Positions 38,387-57,347 of a DNA stretch of 64,000 bases are shown here, in pieces (the stretch's first letter is position 1; every line of letters starts with the position of its first letter). The stretch comes from Eledone cirrhosa (Eukaryota). A program made the position numbers and the translations under genes. The notes under the pieces are model-generated. The model worked only from the letters and a program-made list of their open reading frames with translations, ran no database searches and was not told where the DNA came from. The stretch is taken from NCBI GenBank assembly GCA_964016885.1, contig OZ024760.1, positions 32,302,001 through 32,366,000 on the forward strand. The letters are read 5' to 3'.

Positions 38387-38670
38387 ATATATGTGTGTAC
38401 ATACACATATATACACACACATATATACACACACCCACACATATATATACATACACACATACAAACACACACACATATATACACATGCACACACATATAT
38501 ATACACACACACACATATATATACACATATGCATACATCCAGATACACACACACACACACACACACGCACACAATACATACATCCACATGCATACACATA
38601 CACACACACACACACATACACCCACACACAGAAATGGCCTCCAAATATATATATATATACATACATACAC
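38135..38670. repeat. Mixed (CA)n/(TA)n microsatellite
   Basis: Directly visible. Confidence 0.95.
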
Positions 38671-38992
38671 ATATTTTTTCCATAATATAAGAAGTTAGGA
38701 CAGTGAAATTAAAATACAAGTCATTCTGATCACATTGAGTTCTTCATGTAGATTGGGCCCCGCAACTGACAGTGGTGAATTCTGTGTGCGCATATATATA
38801 TATATAGATATATGTGTGTGCACGTGCAGGGTTTAACATGGATGTGTTGGTCACACAAAGGCATGGTCTGTCAACGAATAAACCTGATTCTACAGAATTG
38901 GTCTCTGGTCTTTAATAATTATATACATGCACACATACAAACACATATATCTGTCACTCCGTGCGTATGTGTGTTTATATTTTATGACAATT

Positions 38993-40822
38993 CTATTGGG
39001 GTGATAACCCGTTTAGTTTTGGTTTAAATTTGTTAAGGAATAGATTTTCTTTGTTTATTCTTTGCTGCTGTGTGAACGAATCTGAGCACTTGTAGAAGGG
39101 GAAGATTTTAAAGTTGGGTAGTGTCATTCCTGCGCAGTTCGCAATATGGCTGCTCAAGGGGATTTTTCTTGTGTTAGCGTCCCGGATTTGTTGGCAGTGG
39201 ATGGTCATTCTTTTGCGTAATGAGGTGCCCGTCTGTCCTATGTAGTTGTGTTTGCACCCACCGCAAGTTATTGCGTAAATCAAGTTCTCCGAGTTGCAGG
39301 TGAAATTGTTTTTTACTGTAAATGTTTGGCCATCTTTAAATGTAAATTTTTGTCCTTCAGTGAGGTAGAGGCACGTTCCACAGTTTGTTCTACCACATTT
39401 GGTAACTGTAGGGTTGAGGATTGGTTTGGGTATATTTGGTCCAGTGAGAATGCGTTTTAGTGATTTGGGTTGTCTTTTACTTTTAAGGATCTTGTGTGTT
39501 TCAAGAATAGACTTCATTTTTACATCTTTAAGTAGGATGGGGAGGTTTTTGTGTAGGTGATCAAACATTTCGGTATTTCTGGGGTTGAAAGTGGATACAT
39601 ATGGCAGGGTGTTGAGTGTGGTTTTCTGTTTTGGATTGTTAAGTTGATGGGGATTTAGGTGTTTTGCCCTGTCTATTCCATTGTTGATTATTTCAAGTGG
39701 AAAGGCTCTTAAGATAACGGTGTCTTTTAGTTCCTTTAGTCTTTGCTCCCGTTTAGGTGGATCTGATACTATGGTACATATACGTTTGGCCAAATTGTAA
39801 GGAATGTTAAGTTTTGTATGTTTTGGGTGACTTGATGTGAAAAAGAGGTATTACTTGGAATCTGGGTTTATCGAATATATCTGTATCTAATTTCCCGTCT
39901 ATTACAGAGATGAGAATATCCAAGAAGGCTAATTCCTTGGGATTGGATTCCATTGTGAATTGTATGTTATTATCTATGTTGTTTATCATGTTTCTAAACA
40001 TAGTAAGTGAGTTCATGTCTTCTTGCCATAGGATAAAGCAGTCGTCTAGATATCTTTTCCAATTGGCTTTGAGGTGTGTGTGGAAAGAGTCTCCAAATAA
40101 GAGAAGGGACTGACTGTATATTTGTTGTTCATGGAATCCCATGACTAGGTTGGCATATGTGGGTGCTACTTTCGTGCGCATTGCCGTACCTGATACTTGT
40201 CTGTATGTTGAACCATTGAATGTGAAGTAGTTATTTTGTAGGATAAAGCGGAGTCCGTTAGTGATAAAATCTTTATTGATGCGTGTCGGTATTTCTGATG
40301 GGTGTGTGTTAAGCCAGTATTGGACTGTTGTTATTCCATAGTTGTGGGGTATGTTTGTGTAGAGGTTTATTACGTCAAAGGAGACAAGAATTGTATTTGC
40401 ACTTACTGTTTTAGGGAGGTGTTTCAGCATGTCAAGGTCATCTCGTATGTAGCTCTGTATATGTTGTAGAAAGGGTTTCAGTAGGATGTCCAGAAAGTTG
40501 CTAAGTCTGTGGGTTTCACATGTAGGGCCTGCTATAATTGGCCTGAGTTTTAGGTCTTCTGGTGGTGTTAGTTCAATGTAATTGTTGGTTGAGGTGTCAC
40601 ATGCATCGTTTATGGGTTTACATTTGTGGAGTTTCGGTAAGCCGTAAAAAGAGCTTGTATTGCATTTGAAGTGGCTTATATAGTTAAACTCTTTTGTGGT
40701 TAAGCTGTTGCGGTATTTATTCAGTAAGGTCAAAAGGTTCCCCATTGTTTTGGTGTGTTTGTAGTTTTCTGTTTTTTCATAGTATGTGTTGTTTTCTAAA
40801 ATGTTAAGTGCGAGGGTCCTAT
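38993..40822 (-). pseudogene. Neptune-type PLE RT + GIY-YIG, 5'-truncated, disrupted
   Basis: FYGLPKLHK, LRPIIAG, FDVINLYTNI, WKRYLDD, CGRTNCGTC, NLIYAITCGGC..YIGQT. Frameshift plus a stop near 39850-39865, and GTAMG altered to GTAMR. Confidence 0.88.
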
Positions 40823-40882
40823 AGTATATATATATATATATATATTTACAATTAAGTGTTACACACTCCCAATTCTCTCCCT

Positions 40883-41588
40883 TATATATATATATTTATG
40901 TATATATATATATATATATTTATGTATATATATATATATATTTATGTATATATATATATTTATGTATATATATTTATGTATATATATTTATGTATATATA
41001 TATTTATGTATATATATATTTATGTATATATATTTATGTATATATATTTATGTATATATATATATATTTATGTATATATATATATATTTATGTATATATA
41101 TATATTTATGTATATATATATATGTATATATATATATGTATATATATATATGTATATATATTTATGTATATATATTTATGTATATATATTTATGTATATA
41201 TATTTATGTATATATATATGTATATATATTTATGTATATGTATATATATTTATGTATATATATTTATGTATATATATATATATATTTATGTATATATATA
41301 TATTTATGTATACATATATATATATTTATGTATACATATATATATATTTATGTATACATATATATATATTTATGTATATATATATATATTTATGTATATA
41401 TATATTTATGTATATATATATATAGTTATGTATATATATATATAGTTATGTATATATATATTTATGTATATATATATATATATATTTATGTATATATATA
41501 TATATTTATGTATATATATATATATATATTTATGGATATATATATATATTTATGGATATATATATATATTTATGTATATATATATATT

Positions 41589-41623
<35 letters not shown>

Positions 41624-41926
41624 GTATATATATATATATTTATGTATATATATATATATATATATTTATGTATATATATATATATATATATTTATGTATA
41701 TATATATATATATATATATTTATGTATATATATATATATATTTATGTATATATATATATATATTGTATATATATATATATATATTGTATATATATATATA
41801 TATTTATGTATATATATATATATATTTATGTATATATATATATATATTTATGTATATATATATTTATGTATATATATATTTATGTATATATATATATATT
41901 TATGTATATATATATATATATTTATG

Positions 41927-41957
<31 letters not shown>

Positions 41958-42322
41958 TTATGTATATATATATATATATATATTTATGTATATATATATA
42001 TATTTATGTATATATATATATATTTATGTATACATATATATATTTATGTATATATATATATATTTATGTATACATATATATATTTATGTATACATATATA
42101 TATTTATGTATATATATATATATTTATGTATACATATATATATTTATGTATACATATATATATTTATGTATATATATATATATATTTATGTATATATATA
42201 TATATATTTATGTATATATATATATATATTATGTATATATATATATATATATTATGTATATATATATATATATACTTATGTATATATATATATATACTTA
42301 TGTATATATATATATATTTATG

Positions 42323-42356
<34 letters not shown>

Positions 42357-42360
42357 TATG

Positions 42361-42392
<32 letters not shown>

Positions 42393-42396
42393 TATG

Positions 42397-42428
<32 letters not shown>

Positions 42429-42677
42429 TATGTATATATATATATGTATATATATATATATTTATATATATATATATATTTATGTATATATATATATATA
42501 TTTATGTGTATATATATATATATATTTGTGTATATATATATATATATTTATGTATATATATATATTTATGTATATATATATATATTTATGTATATATATA
42601 TATATATATATTTATGTATATATATATATTTATGTATATATATATATATATTTATGTATATATATATATATATTTAT
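40883..42677. repeat. (TA)n-TTTATG microsatellite
   Basis: Directly visible. Confidence 0.97.
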
Positions 42678-42838
42678 AAATTGGAATAGATGCTCTGAAA
42701 TAGCGATATATATGTGAATATAGACATAGAATATTCGAAAATATTCTGTATGTTTATAATAAACATTTTGAAGACCTAATCGCTATAGAATAGAATACGT
42801 CACGTATTACAATTAGATTCTCGATAAAAGCAAGGGAA

Positions 42839-42881
42839 GTAATCTACGCGTTTCATTCTTGTTAGAAATCTTCAGGACTAC
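42839..42881 (-). ncRNA. Minimal type I hammerhead ribozyme (copy 1)
   Basis: GTAGTC-CTGAAGA-T-TTCT-aaca-AGAA-T-GAAA-CGCG-TA-GATTAC: 6-bp stem I, intact core, palindromic stem III, GUA triplet. Confidence 0.87.
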
Positions 42882-43148
42882 ATATCCAGTGCTTTTATCG
42901 AGAATGACACAGCTAGAGACTTATAGAATACTTAGCTGTGTACAGGAACTGGTTTGAAAGAGCGGTTGCCGGTCCGGCAGAAATTAGAAATTGGAATAGA
43001 TGCTCTGAAATAGCGATATATATGTGAATATAGACATAGAATATTCGAAAATATTCTGTATGTTTATAATAAACATTTTGAAGACCTAATCGCTATAGAA
43101 TAGAATACGTCACGTATTACAATTAGATTCTCGATAAAAGCAAGGGAA

Positions 43149-43191
43149 GTAATCTACGCGTTTCATTCTTGTTAGAAATCTTCAGGACTAC
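43149..43191 (-). ncRNA. Minimal type I hammerhead ribozyme (copy 2)
   Basis: Identical to 42839-42881, shifted by 310 bp. Confidence 0.87.
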
Positions 43192-43208
43192 ATATCCAGT
43201 GCTTTTGT

Positions 43209-43253
43209 CTATATATATATTTATGTATATATATTTATGTATATATATATATT

Positions 43254-43296
<43 letters not shown>

Positions 43297-44177
43297 GTAT
43301 ATATATATATTTATGTATATATATATATTTATGTATATATATACATTTATGTATATATATATATTTATGTATATATATATATTTATGTATATATATATAT
43401 ATATTTATGTATATATATATATATATTTATGTATATATATATATATATTTATGTATATATATATATATATTTATGTATATATATATATATATTTATGTAT
43501 ATATATATATATATTTATGTATATATATATATATATTTATGTATATATATATATATATATTTATGTATATATATATATATATATTTATGTATATACATAT
43601 ATATATTTATGTACATATATATATTTATGTATATATATATATATTTATGTATATATATATATATATTTATGTATATATATATATATATTTATGTATATAT
43701 ATATATATTTATGTATATATATATATATTTATACATATATATATTTATGTATATATATATTTATGTATATATATATTTATGTATATATATATTTATGGAT
43801 ATATATATATTTATGTATATATATATATATATTTATGTATATATATATATATATATATATTTATGTATATATATATATATATATTTACGTATATATATAT
43901 ATTTATGTATATATATATATATATATTTATGTATATATATATATATATATATTTATGTATATATATATATATATATATTTATGTATATATATATATATAT
44001 ATATATATTTATGTATATATATATATATATATATATTTATGTATATATATATATATATATATATTTATGTATATATATATATATATATATATTTATGTAT
44101 ATATATATATATATATATATATTTATGTATATATATATATATATATTTATGTATATATATATATATATATATTTATG

Positions 44178-44213
<36 letters not shown>

Positions 44214-44221
44214 TATTTATG

Positions 44222-44243
<22 letters not shown>
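43209..44243. repeat. (TA)n-TTTATG microsatellite
   Basis: Directly visible. Confidence 0.97.
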
Positions 44244-44258
<15 letters not shown>

Positions 44259-45483
44259 ACCTGTTTCAGCCATCCGGCTGAGGCCATGCTGGGGCACCGC
44301 CCTTGTTGCTACACATTTTATCTCCTGTCTGTATAGGTTTGCCACTGGTGTAGGAGGGAGTTTGTTGCTGCTGCCCTTAGATTTCCCTCGTGTCTTGCTG
44401 TGGGCTCATCCGGGATCCTGGATAACAAGGTGTCAAGATGTTTCTTAAAGACATCCACCTCCACGTCATGCAAGTCTCGCAGATGCCTCGGCAGCCTGTT
44501 GAAGAGTTGAGGGCCCTTGAATCCCAGGCTATTGCAATACCTGCTCCTTATTCTAGATGTAGAAGACGGGACCTTTGGCACCACACAGTGACGTCCTGTT
44601 CGACGGATAGTCCAGCTCCCAATGCCAAAGTTTGGTGCTAGTCCCTCCAGGATTTTCCACATGTAGATCACTGCATATCTCTCCCGTCTTCGCTCCAAGG
44701 AGTAGAGGTTCAGTTCCTTTAGCCTCTCCCAGTAGCTTGTCTCCCTCATCTTGGCAATCCTCTTGGTGTAGCTTCGCTGGATTGCCTCAAGCTCCGTGGT
44801 TAGTTTGACACTATGGGGTGACCACAGCTGGGAGCAGTAGTCCAGGCGGCTTAGGACAAAAGTCCTCCACAGTGTCAACATGGTGTCTCGATCTCTTGTA
44901 AGGAAAGTCCTCAAGATCCAGCCAGCGAATCGTCTACATGTTGTCGCCACCTTCATGATGTGTGAAGAAAAAGATGCATCATCGCTCATGTCTATGCCCA
45001 GGTCTCGTATCGATTTTGACACGGGGATATCGGTCTCTCCTGGTCCTGTGTAGCTGTGTTCCGCTATATTTGTGTTTGTGTTTGCAGGTTTGTATTGTAG
45101 GGCTTGGAATTTGCCAGCATTAAACTGCATGTTGTTTTCTTCCGCCCATCTGTATATGGCATCCAGATCCTGCTGTAAGAGGGCAGCGTCAGCCGGGTTT
45201 TTGATTGCCTGTGCTACCTTAGTGTCATCAGCATAGCTAGTGAGGGATGTTGTTGCATGCACCACAGAGGGCATGTCCGAGAGAGCCACCAAAAACAGTA
45301 GTGGTCCCAGGACTGTCCCCTGGGGCACCCCACTTGTTATCGGTGTTTCCCTCGAGAGGGCCCCATTTGCTGCGACTGCCTGGCTTCTGTCCCTTAGGAA
45401 GCCATGCAGCCACTCACCTACTTTTCCAGTTATGCCGAGTCCGTGTAGTTTGTGACATATCATTCCGTGGTCGACCTTGTCAA
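44244..45483 (-). mobile_element. CR1-group LINE 3' portion, ORF 44318..45463
   Basis: [44 protein letters not shown] motifs; poly-A tail. Confidence 0.9.
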
Positions 45484-45663
45484 TATATATATATTTATGT
45501 ATATATATATATATTTATGTATGTATATATATATATATTTATGTATATATATATATATATATTTATGTATATATATATATATATATATTTATGTATATAT
45601 ATATATATATATATATATTTATGTATAATATATTTATGTATATATATATATTATGTATATATA

Positions 45664-47306
45664 TCATCATCATCATCATCATCATCAACGTTTAACGTCC
45701 GTGTTCCACGCTTGCATGGGTTTGGACGGGGGTAGTCCCACTTGAGGCAAGAGTGATTGTCTTGCTCGCATAGGACTGTCTGGCAGGTTTTCTACAGTTG
45801 GATGCCCTTCCTAACACCAACCACATTTACAGTGTGGGTCTGGGAGGTTTTTACCGTGTTGCCTACACGGCCACATTACAGCGTGGACTGTGTGTTTTTT
45901 TGTCGTGACACCTACACGATCTCATTTGTTTCGGCCTGGATGGCGCGGCACCAACATAACTTTACATAGAACGGGGTGGTGTGGATGGGGTGGTGGTGGT
46001 GGTGGTGGGACGGGGTGTATTTTGTTAGAGATGCCTACTGGCTGGAGTAGGTTTTACTATATATTTAGGTAAGGCGGGTCTTCTCTGTTACTGAGTACCG
46101 CCAAAGGTCTCGGTCCAGTGACATTGTCTTGGAGAGGTGTAAGTGTGTGATGTCGGAGTTTATCAGCTCGTCCCAGGTTTTTCTAGGTCTGCCTATTCCG
46201 TGACTACCGTCTATCTTTATTGCCCTGCACTTTGTTATACAGCTATCGACTTTCATGCGCATCACGTGTCCATACCAACGCAGCCTTCTCTCGAGTAAAC
46301 AACATCTGATCCCTCTTATCTCTAATTTTTTCCTTAGTTCGTTTATGCTTTGCCGTTCACGTATATTACTGTTACACATCCAGCGGAGCATGCAAGCTTC
46401 GTTCCTCTCTAGTCTGCGTATATCCTCTGCACACAATGCCCAGGTCTCACTACCATGCAACATTGCTGTTCGTATGCAGGCATCATACAACCTGCCTTTC
46501 ATTTTTAGGGAGAACCCTTTAGCAGCTAATAGTGGTATAAGCTCTCTGAACTTTTTCCAACCAGTTCTGACTCTAGCTACAGTACTTTCAGAACACCCTC
46601 CCCCACTGCTGATTTTATCGCCCAGGTAACGGAAGCTGTCCACTATTTCTATAGAACCCTCTGCGCAATTGAAAGAGCTAGTATTTTGTAGGCACTTGCT
46701 GCTACTTATTGCACCAGAACACCGGCCACATGTAAAATCTATGTTCTTAGTTAGCTTACCTGTGATCCCACTACATCTTTTATGCACCCATACTTTGCAT
46801 TTAGGACATAAAATGGAGTTTCTACCTACGCCTTTCCTACACACCGAGCACGACTATTTCCCAGAAGGGACCGCCGCCTTGTTTTCTTTCCTACAAACTA
46901 GAACTTTGGTCTTAGCCAGGTTAATTTTAAGTCCTTTTGACTCTAGGCCGTGCTTCCATGTTTGGAATTTCTTCTCTAGCTCGGCCATTGATTCCGCTAT
47001 GAGTGTCAGGTCGTCTGCGTATAGGAGTTCCCATGGGCAGCCTGTCTTGAACTCCTCTGTTATAGCCTGAAGGGCAATAATAAATAGTAGGGGGCTGAGA
47101 ACAGAGCCCTGATGGACGCCAACTTTTACGCTAAACTCTTCACTATATTCGTTGTTAATTCTAACCTTACTGACTGTTTCTTTATACATGGCTTGTATAG
47201 CCCTCACAAGCCATTCGTCAACGCCTAGTTTTCTAAGAGCCCACCAGATAATGGAGCGGAGGACTCTGTCGAAGGCTTTCTCCAGGTCGACAAAAGCTAA
47301 GTAGAG

Positions 47307-47309
<3 letters not shown>
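45664..47309 (-). mobile_element. RTE family A, 5'-truncated, premature stop
   Basis: TGG to TAG at ~46854 splits ORFs 46854..47207 and 46065..46844. Confidence 0.92.
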
Positions 47310-52290
<4,981 letters not shown>

Positions 52291-52663
52291 TTCTAGGAGA
52301 AGGAAAACTCTGATATAACACCTGCAACTCTGATGGTATCCAATGATGTTGACTTGTTCTTCTTTTTAGTAAATATCATCTTGGTTAAGAGACTGGGACT
52401 GGCTTTGTGCAGTGCCTTTGCTCACTATAAAAGCTTCACGGCACAGGCATTGCTTTATATCTGGAGATCTCTCTGCACTTGTCGTTACATGGTACCATGG
52501 GCCCAGCACTATGTGTCAATAATTGTCACAAGTGTAGTGTTTGTACCAGAGTTTTCAAGTCGCTGGCTGGACTAAAAAGCCACACTCGTTCAGTGCATCG
52601 GTAGGGGTTCTCCTACATGGATATAAAGTAGTGGCCATACTTGAAAATGAGTTGGCAGCCACC
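52291..52663 (+). mobile_element. Short non-autonomous RTE-like element ending in a C2H2 finger remnant
   Basis: 5' CTAGGAGAAGGAAAACTCTGA resembles RTE 5' UTRs; 52527-52604 reads [25 protein letters not shown]. Confidence 0.55.
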
Positions 52664-53392
52664 ATATATATTTATGTATGTATATATATATATATTTATG
52701 TATGTATATATATATATATGTATTTATGTATGTATATATATATATATTTATGTATATATATATATATTTATGTATATATATATATATTTATGTATGTATA
52801 TATATATATATATTTATGTATGTATATATATATATATATATTTATGTATGTATATATATATATATATATTTATGTATGTATATATATATATATTTATGTA
52901 TATATATATATATATTTATGTATGTATATATATATATATTTATGTATATATATATATATTTATGTATGTATATATATATATATTTATTTATGTATGTATA
53001 TATATATATATATATTTATTTATGTATGTATATTTATTTATGTATGTATATATATATATATTTATGTATGTATATATATTTATGTATGTATATATATATA
53101 TATTTATGTATATATATATATATATTTATGTATATATATTTATGTATATATATATTTATGTATGTGTATATATATATATATATTTATGTATGTGTATATA
53201 TATATATATATATTTATGTATGTATATATATATATATTTATGTATATATATATATATATATTTATGTATTTATGTATGTGTATATATATATATATTTATG
53301 TATGTGTATATATATATATATATATATATTTATGTATTTATGTATGTGTATATATATATATATTTATGTATGTATATATATATATATATATT
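52664..53392. repeat. (TA)n-TTTATG(TATG) microsatellite, last polarised tract
   Basis: Directly visible. Confidence 0.95.
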
Positions 53393-53761
53393 TGTTCAAT
53401 CCCGATGAGAATAATAATGGTTCTAAAATTGGAGGGTTTTGTAAAATTCTAAGTTCTTTGTTGTTGGTGAGACTAGCTGAGGTTTAATGTTTCACACAGC
53501 TACCACCCGTTCCCCCCACCTCCAGCATTGTTGTGTAACTGAAGACTGGGTTTTCAGTCTAGCTTCTAATAAAGTACTGTACTATATATATATATATATA
53601 TATGTGTGTGTATGTATACACACCATCATGTGTGGGTTCCATCAGTATTTTGTTAAATAATTCACATTTTAAAATATATTTTGCAGAGATATGTTTTCGA
53701 AACTGTCGATTACTATTGTCGGTGAAAACAAAAAGAAAAAATAATATATATGTATATATAT

Positions 53762-53825
<64 letters not shown>

Positions 53826-54448
53826 ATGTGTATGTGTGTGTGTGTATATACACATATATATATATATATTTTATTTTTAGAAAGATGCGTCGTTTAAAAA
53901 TTCTGACGACAACTATCAGAGTTATCTTTTATAAACATCACTATTTCATCATATAGAACATATGGCAATATGGGGATTCTGTAGTTATATTAGTGCCCAT
54001 CTATACATGTGTATGTATATATCTTGATATTTCAAACATTAGTTCTCATCTATACATGTGTATGTGTGTGTATTTTCTTGGTGCCAAAGACGCTTCGTCC
54101 TGAAGGAGGCACCCTAATTTTGACAAAAAAATAATAAACAACCATCTTCAGGACACATGGTAGATTTCTGAGACTTATTTTAGGAAAAAAGTAGTGTCTT
54201 TGATGCCGGGAAATACGGTATATCTTGATATTTCAAATATTAGTTCTCATTTATACATGTATATATATGTGTATATATATATTTATATATGTATCCATGT
54301 GTGGCGTAAGATATATGACTAAAAAGGTTTGTATCAGGAAGGGTATCTGGTCATGAAACGTCCTAGCCATCCCATCTAAAACACGACAGCATGGAAACAT
54401 GAACATAAAATGGATGACAACAGACACGCACATACATATATATATATA

Positions 54449-54877
54449 GAGAGGCTAAAAGAACTGAACCTCTACTCCTTGGAATGAAGACGAGAGAGAT
54501 ACGCAGTGATCTACATGTGCAAAATCCTGGAGGGACTAGCACCGAAGTTTGGCATTGGGAGCTGGACCAACCGTCGAACAGGACGTCGCTGTGTGGTGTC
54601 TTCCACATCTAGAATAAGATATTGCAATAGCCTGGGATTCAAGGGATCTGAGAGATCTGCATGGTGTGGAGGTGGATGTCTTCAAAAAACATCTCGACAC
54701 CTTGCTATCCAGGATCCCGGATGAGCCCACAGCAAGGCACGAGGGAAACCTAAGGGCAGCAGCAACAAACTCCCTCTTTCACCAGTGGCCAACCTATACA
54801 GGCTGAAGATAAAATGTGTAGCAACAACGGTGGTGCCCCAGCATGGCCTCAGCTGGATGGCTGGAACAGGTAAAAGA
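54449..54877 (+). mobile_element. Decayed CR1 3' fragment, same family as 44244-45483
   Basis: Aligns by eye to the reverse complement of 44255-44728 with deletions and a stop. Confidence 0.85.
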
Positions 54878-54878
54878 G

Positions 54879-54914
<36 letters not shown>

Positions 54915-55227
54915 GGCATATGTATATCACCATCACCACTGTTTGACTATTTTTCTATGCTTGCATGGGTTAGACAGGTCACCCATATCATGAGACAAGT
55001 CTAGCCGTGTGTGTATATATATATGTATATGTGTGTGTGTATATATATATGTATGTGTATGCGTGTGTGTGTATCAATAAAATAAGGATTAACAAGTATT
55101 TAAAGGAAACCAGTTAATTAATTTATGACTTTTGTTAAAATAACTAGATATTCCATTCCTGATACAATAACTTCATTAGAATTATATATATATTGTGTGT
55201 GTATGTATACTACGTATATCTGTATGT

Positions 55228-56507
55228 ATCCGGGCGGAGGTGGCGAACATTTACATAGCGTCCGTCACTTACTACCGCCTGACTGTCGTGCCTTGCCCTA
55301 AGGAAACACTCACCACCATGGAACGCATGCTCTTCCAATTTCTTTGGAAGAAGCGTCCTCCTATGGTGAGAAGATCCATCTGCTGCCAACAACCTTCGAA
55401 AGGAGGGCTGGGGATGCCGTGGTTGATGATGCGTAGGCACGCATTAAGGCTACGGCACCTACAGGTATTCCTCACTGGTCAACCGGTGTGGGCTCCGTTC
55501 GTGAAACGAGCCTTTCCGAGACTCGTCTCACTCACCGAGCTACAGTCCTGGGTCAAGCAAAGATCCGGAAAACTGGGAGACTGGCACACTGAGTGTGCTC
55601 AGGCGCTCAGGGCTCTCTGGCAAGCGGGCCGGGCCATCGGTGGAGAATCCACCTCATTCTATAGAGGGCTGGTGGCTAGCAGGGGCGATGACACCCTTGG
55701 AGAGTCGCTGGACATGGAAGAAGACGAACTGGCCAGCCTGTTCGGTAGGACTTTCGGCCCAGGACCAATGGACAACTTCCAGAAGTCACTGGCCTGGCAG
55801 TGCTACCGAGGGGCTCTACCCGTTCGAGAGAGGCTCTACAGACACGGGCGCCCGGGCAGGGATCCCTCAAAAAAGATTTGCCCTAGATGCGTGCGTCACG
55901 AAGAAACCGTGGCGCACGCATTGGTGCAATGTCCGGGCGTGGCTGATCTGTGGGGCTACGCCGAACAACTGCTGTCGCGGGTGGCGCCGATTAAATTGAC
56001 CGCCGAGTCCGTGATGACAATCAAACCGCCTCCCCTCTTCACAAAGGAAGCAAAGGCGGTTTTTCTGTGCGTAATAGCCATGTTGAAAGAGGTTGTTTGG
56101 TGGACACGATTGAAAGGTCTGAGGTCAGGCAACTTCCTCTCTGGCCATAGTCTGGTCTACTTCTTCCGATATCACTTCGGAAGAAGGATAAGAATGGAGA
56201 GAGAGGTGCTTGGCCACAGGCAGTTTTATGAAAGGTGGGTGATAGTGGCGAGAATGGCTCGTGTAAATGGGCCTTCTCTGTATACCATCCTGTAGGTAAA
56301 GAAGTAAAGGAGAGGGGAGCACCTCCATGTGCTCCCCGGGCAAAGGATTGCACACTTTTTCGGGGGTGTGTGCAACCCCCATCACGTCCCCTCCCTTTTG
56401 AGGTTATTTTCGATTATTTTCATGTTACACCCTTTTTACTCGATTATATGTAAACTCCCCCTTTGTATTTGTCCCTTCTTTTTATGCCTTTATGGTAAAT
56501 AAAGAAA
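55228..56507 (+). mobile_element. L1/Tx1-group LINE ORF2 C-terminal fragment with 3' UTR
   Basis: FLWKK...PSKGGLGMP, and CCHC knuckle CPRC..HEETVAHALVQC; stop at 56295; AATAAA near 56498. Confidence 0.85.
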
Positions 56508-56852
56508 TCTATATATATTTGTGTGTGTATATATGTATGAATGCATATGTGTGTGTATGTGTTACTTATGTGTGTATATATATATTTGTATATGTATATA
56601 TGTGTTTATAATGCATTATAATACGTTGAGTTGAAGTGGACTATATGACTAAGGTTGAAGGAGATATTTGGTCTGACTAAAAGCAATTGTATTGTAGTAC
56701 TGTAGCCATAGAACACCTCCATTGTACTAATGACTAGACCGTAGATATGGTATATATTGACAGACATTGCCACATCATATATAATACATTCACAGTTGCA
56801 TCTATATATATATAATTACTAATATGGTAAAACTGTGTGTGTTAAGATTAAG

Positions 56853-56930
<78 letters not shown>

Positions 56931-57290
56931 TAGCATCTATCTATATAATTACTAACTAATGTGGTAAAACTGTTAAGATTAAGTTTAAAATATATAATTA
57001 CATTATATTTGTTGACAGACTTTGTCACCTATATATATATTTTGTAGTTGTCCCAAATTGAAGGATGAGTATTTTAAACTTTATTTTATCATGAGTTCAG
57101 GCTCTATTGATTTTTCCCTGGATTTCACTAAATTCTGTTGGATGAATCTATATCCTGATTCTTTTTGAATTGAGTTTGAATTATTTTCCCCACATCTTAC
57201 GTTAACTATTTTCCCATTTTGACGCTATAGTCACTTATATATATTATGGAATACTGTTGGCTTCTTGCTACAATACTTTCTATACATTTC

Positions 57291-57345
<55 letters not shown>

Positions 57346-57347
<2 letters not shown>

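Larger units (their letters stand above)
42678..43206 (-). mobile_element. Retrozyme-like non-coding tandem repeat (310-bp unit, ~1.7 copies)
   Basis: 42678-42896 recurs at 42988-43206 with no difference I could see; one hammerhead per unit; flanked by (TA)n. Confidence 0.85.

Noticed and set aside
54080-54222. Tc1/mariner-type end (CCGGAAATACGGTA)
   Set aside because: Only one terminus is recognisable and there is no transposase; too weak to call.
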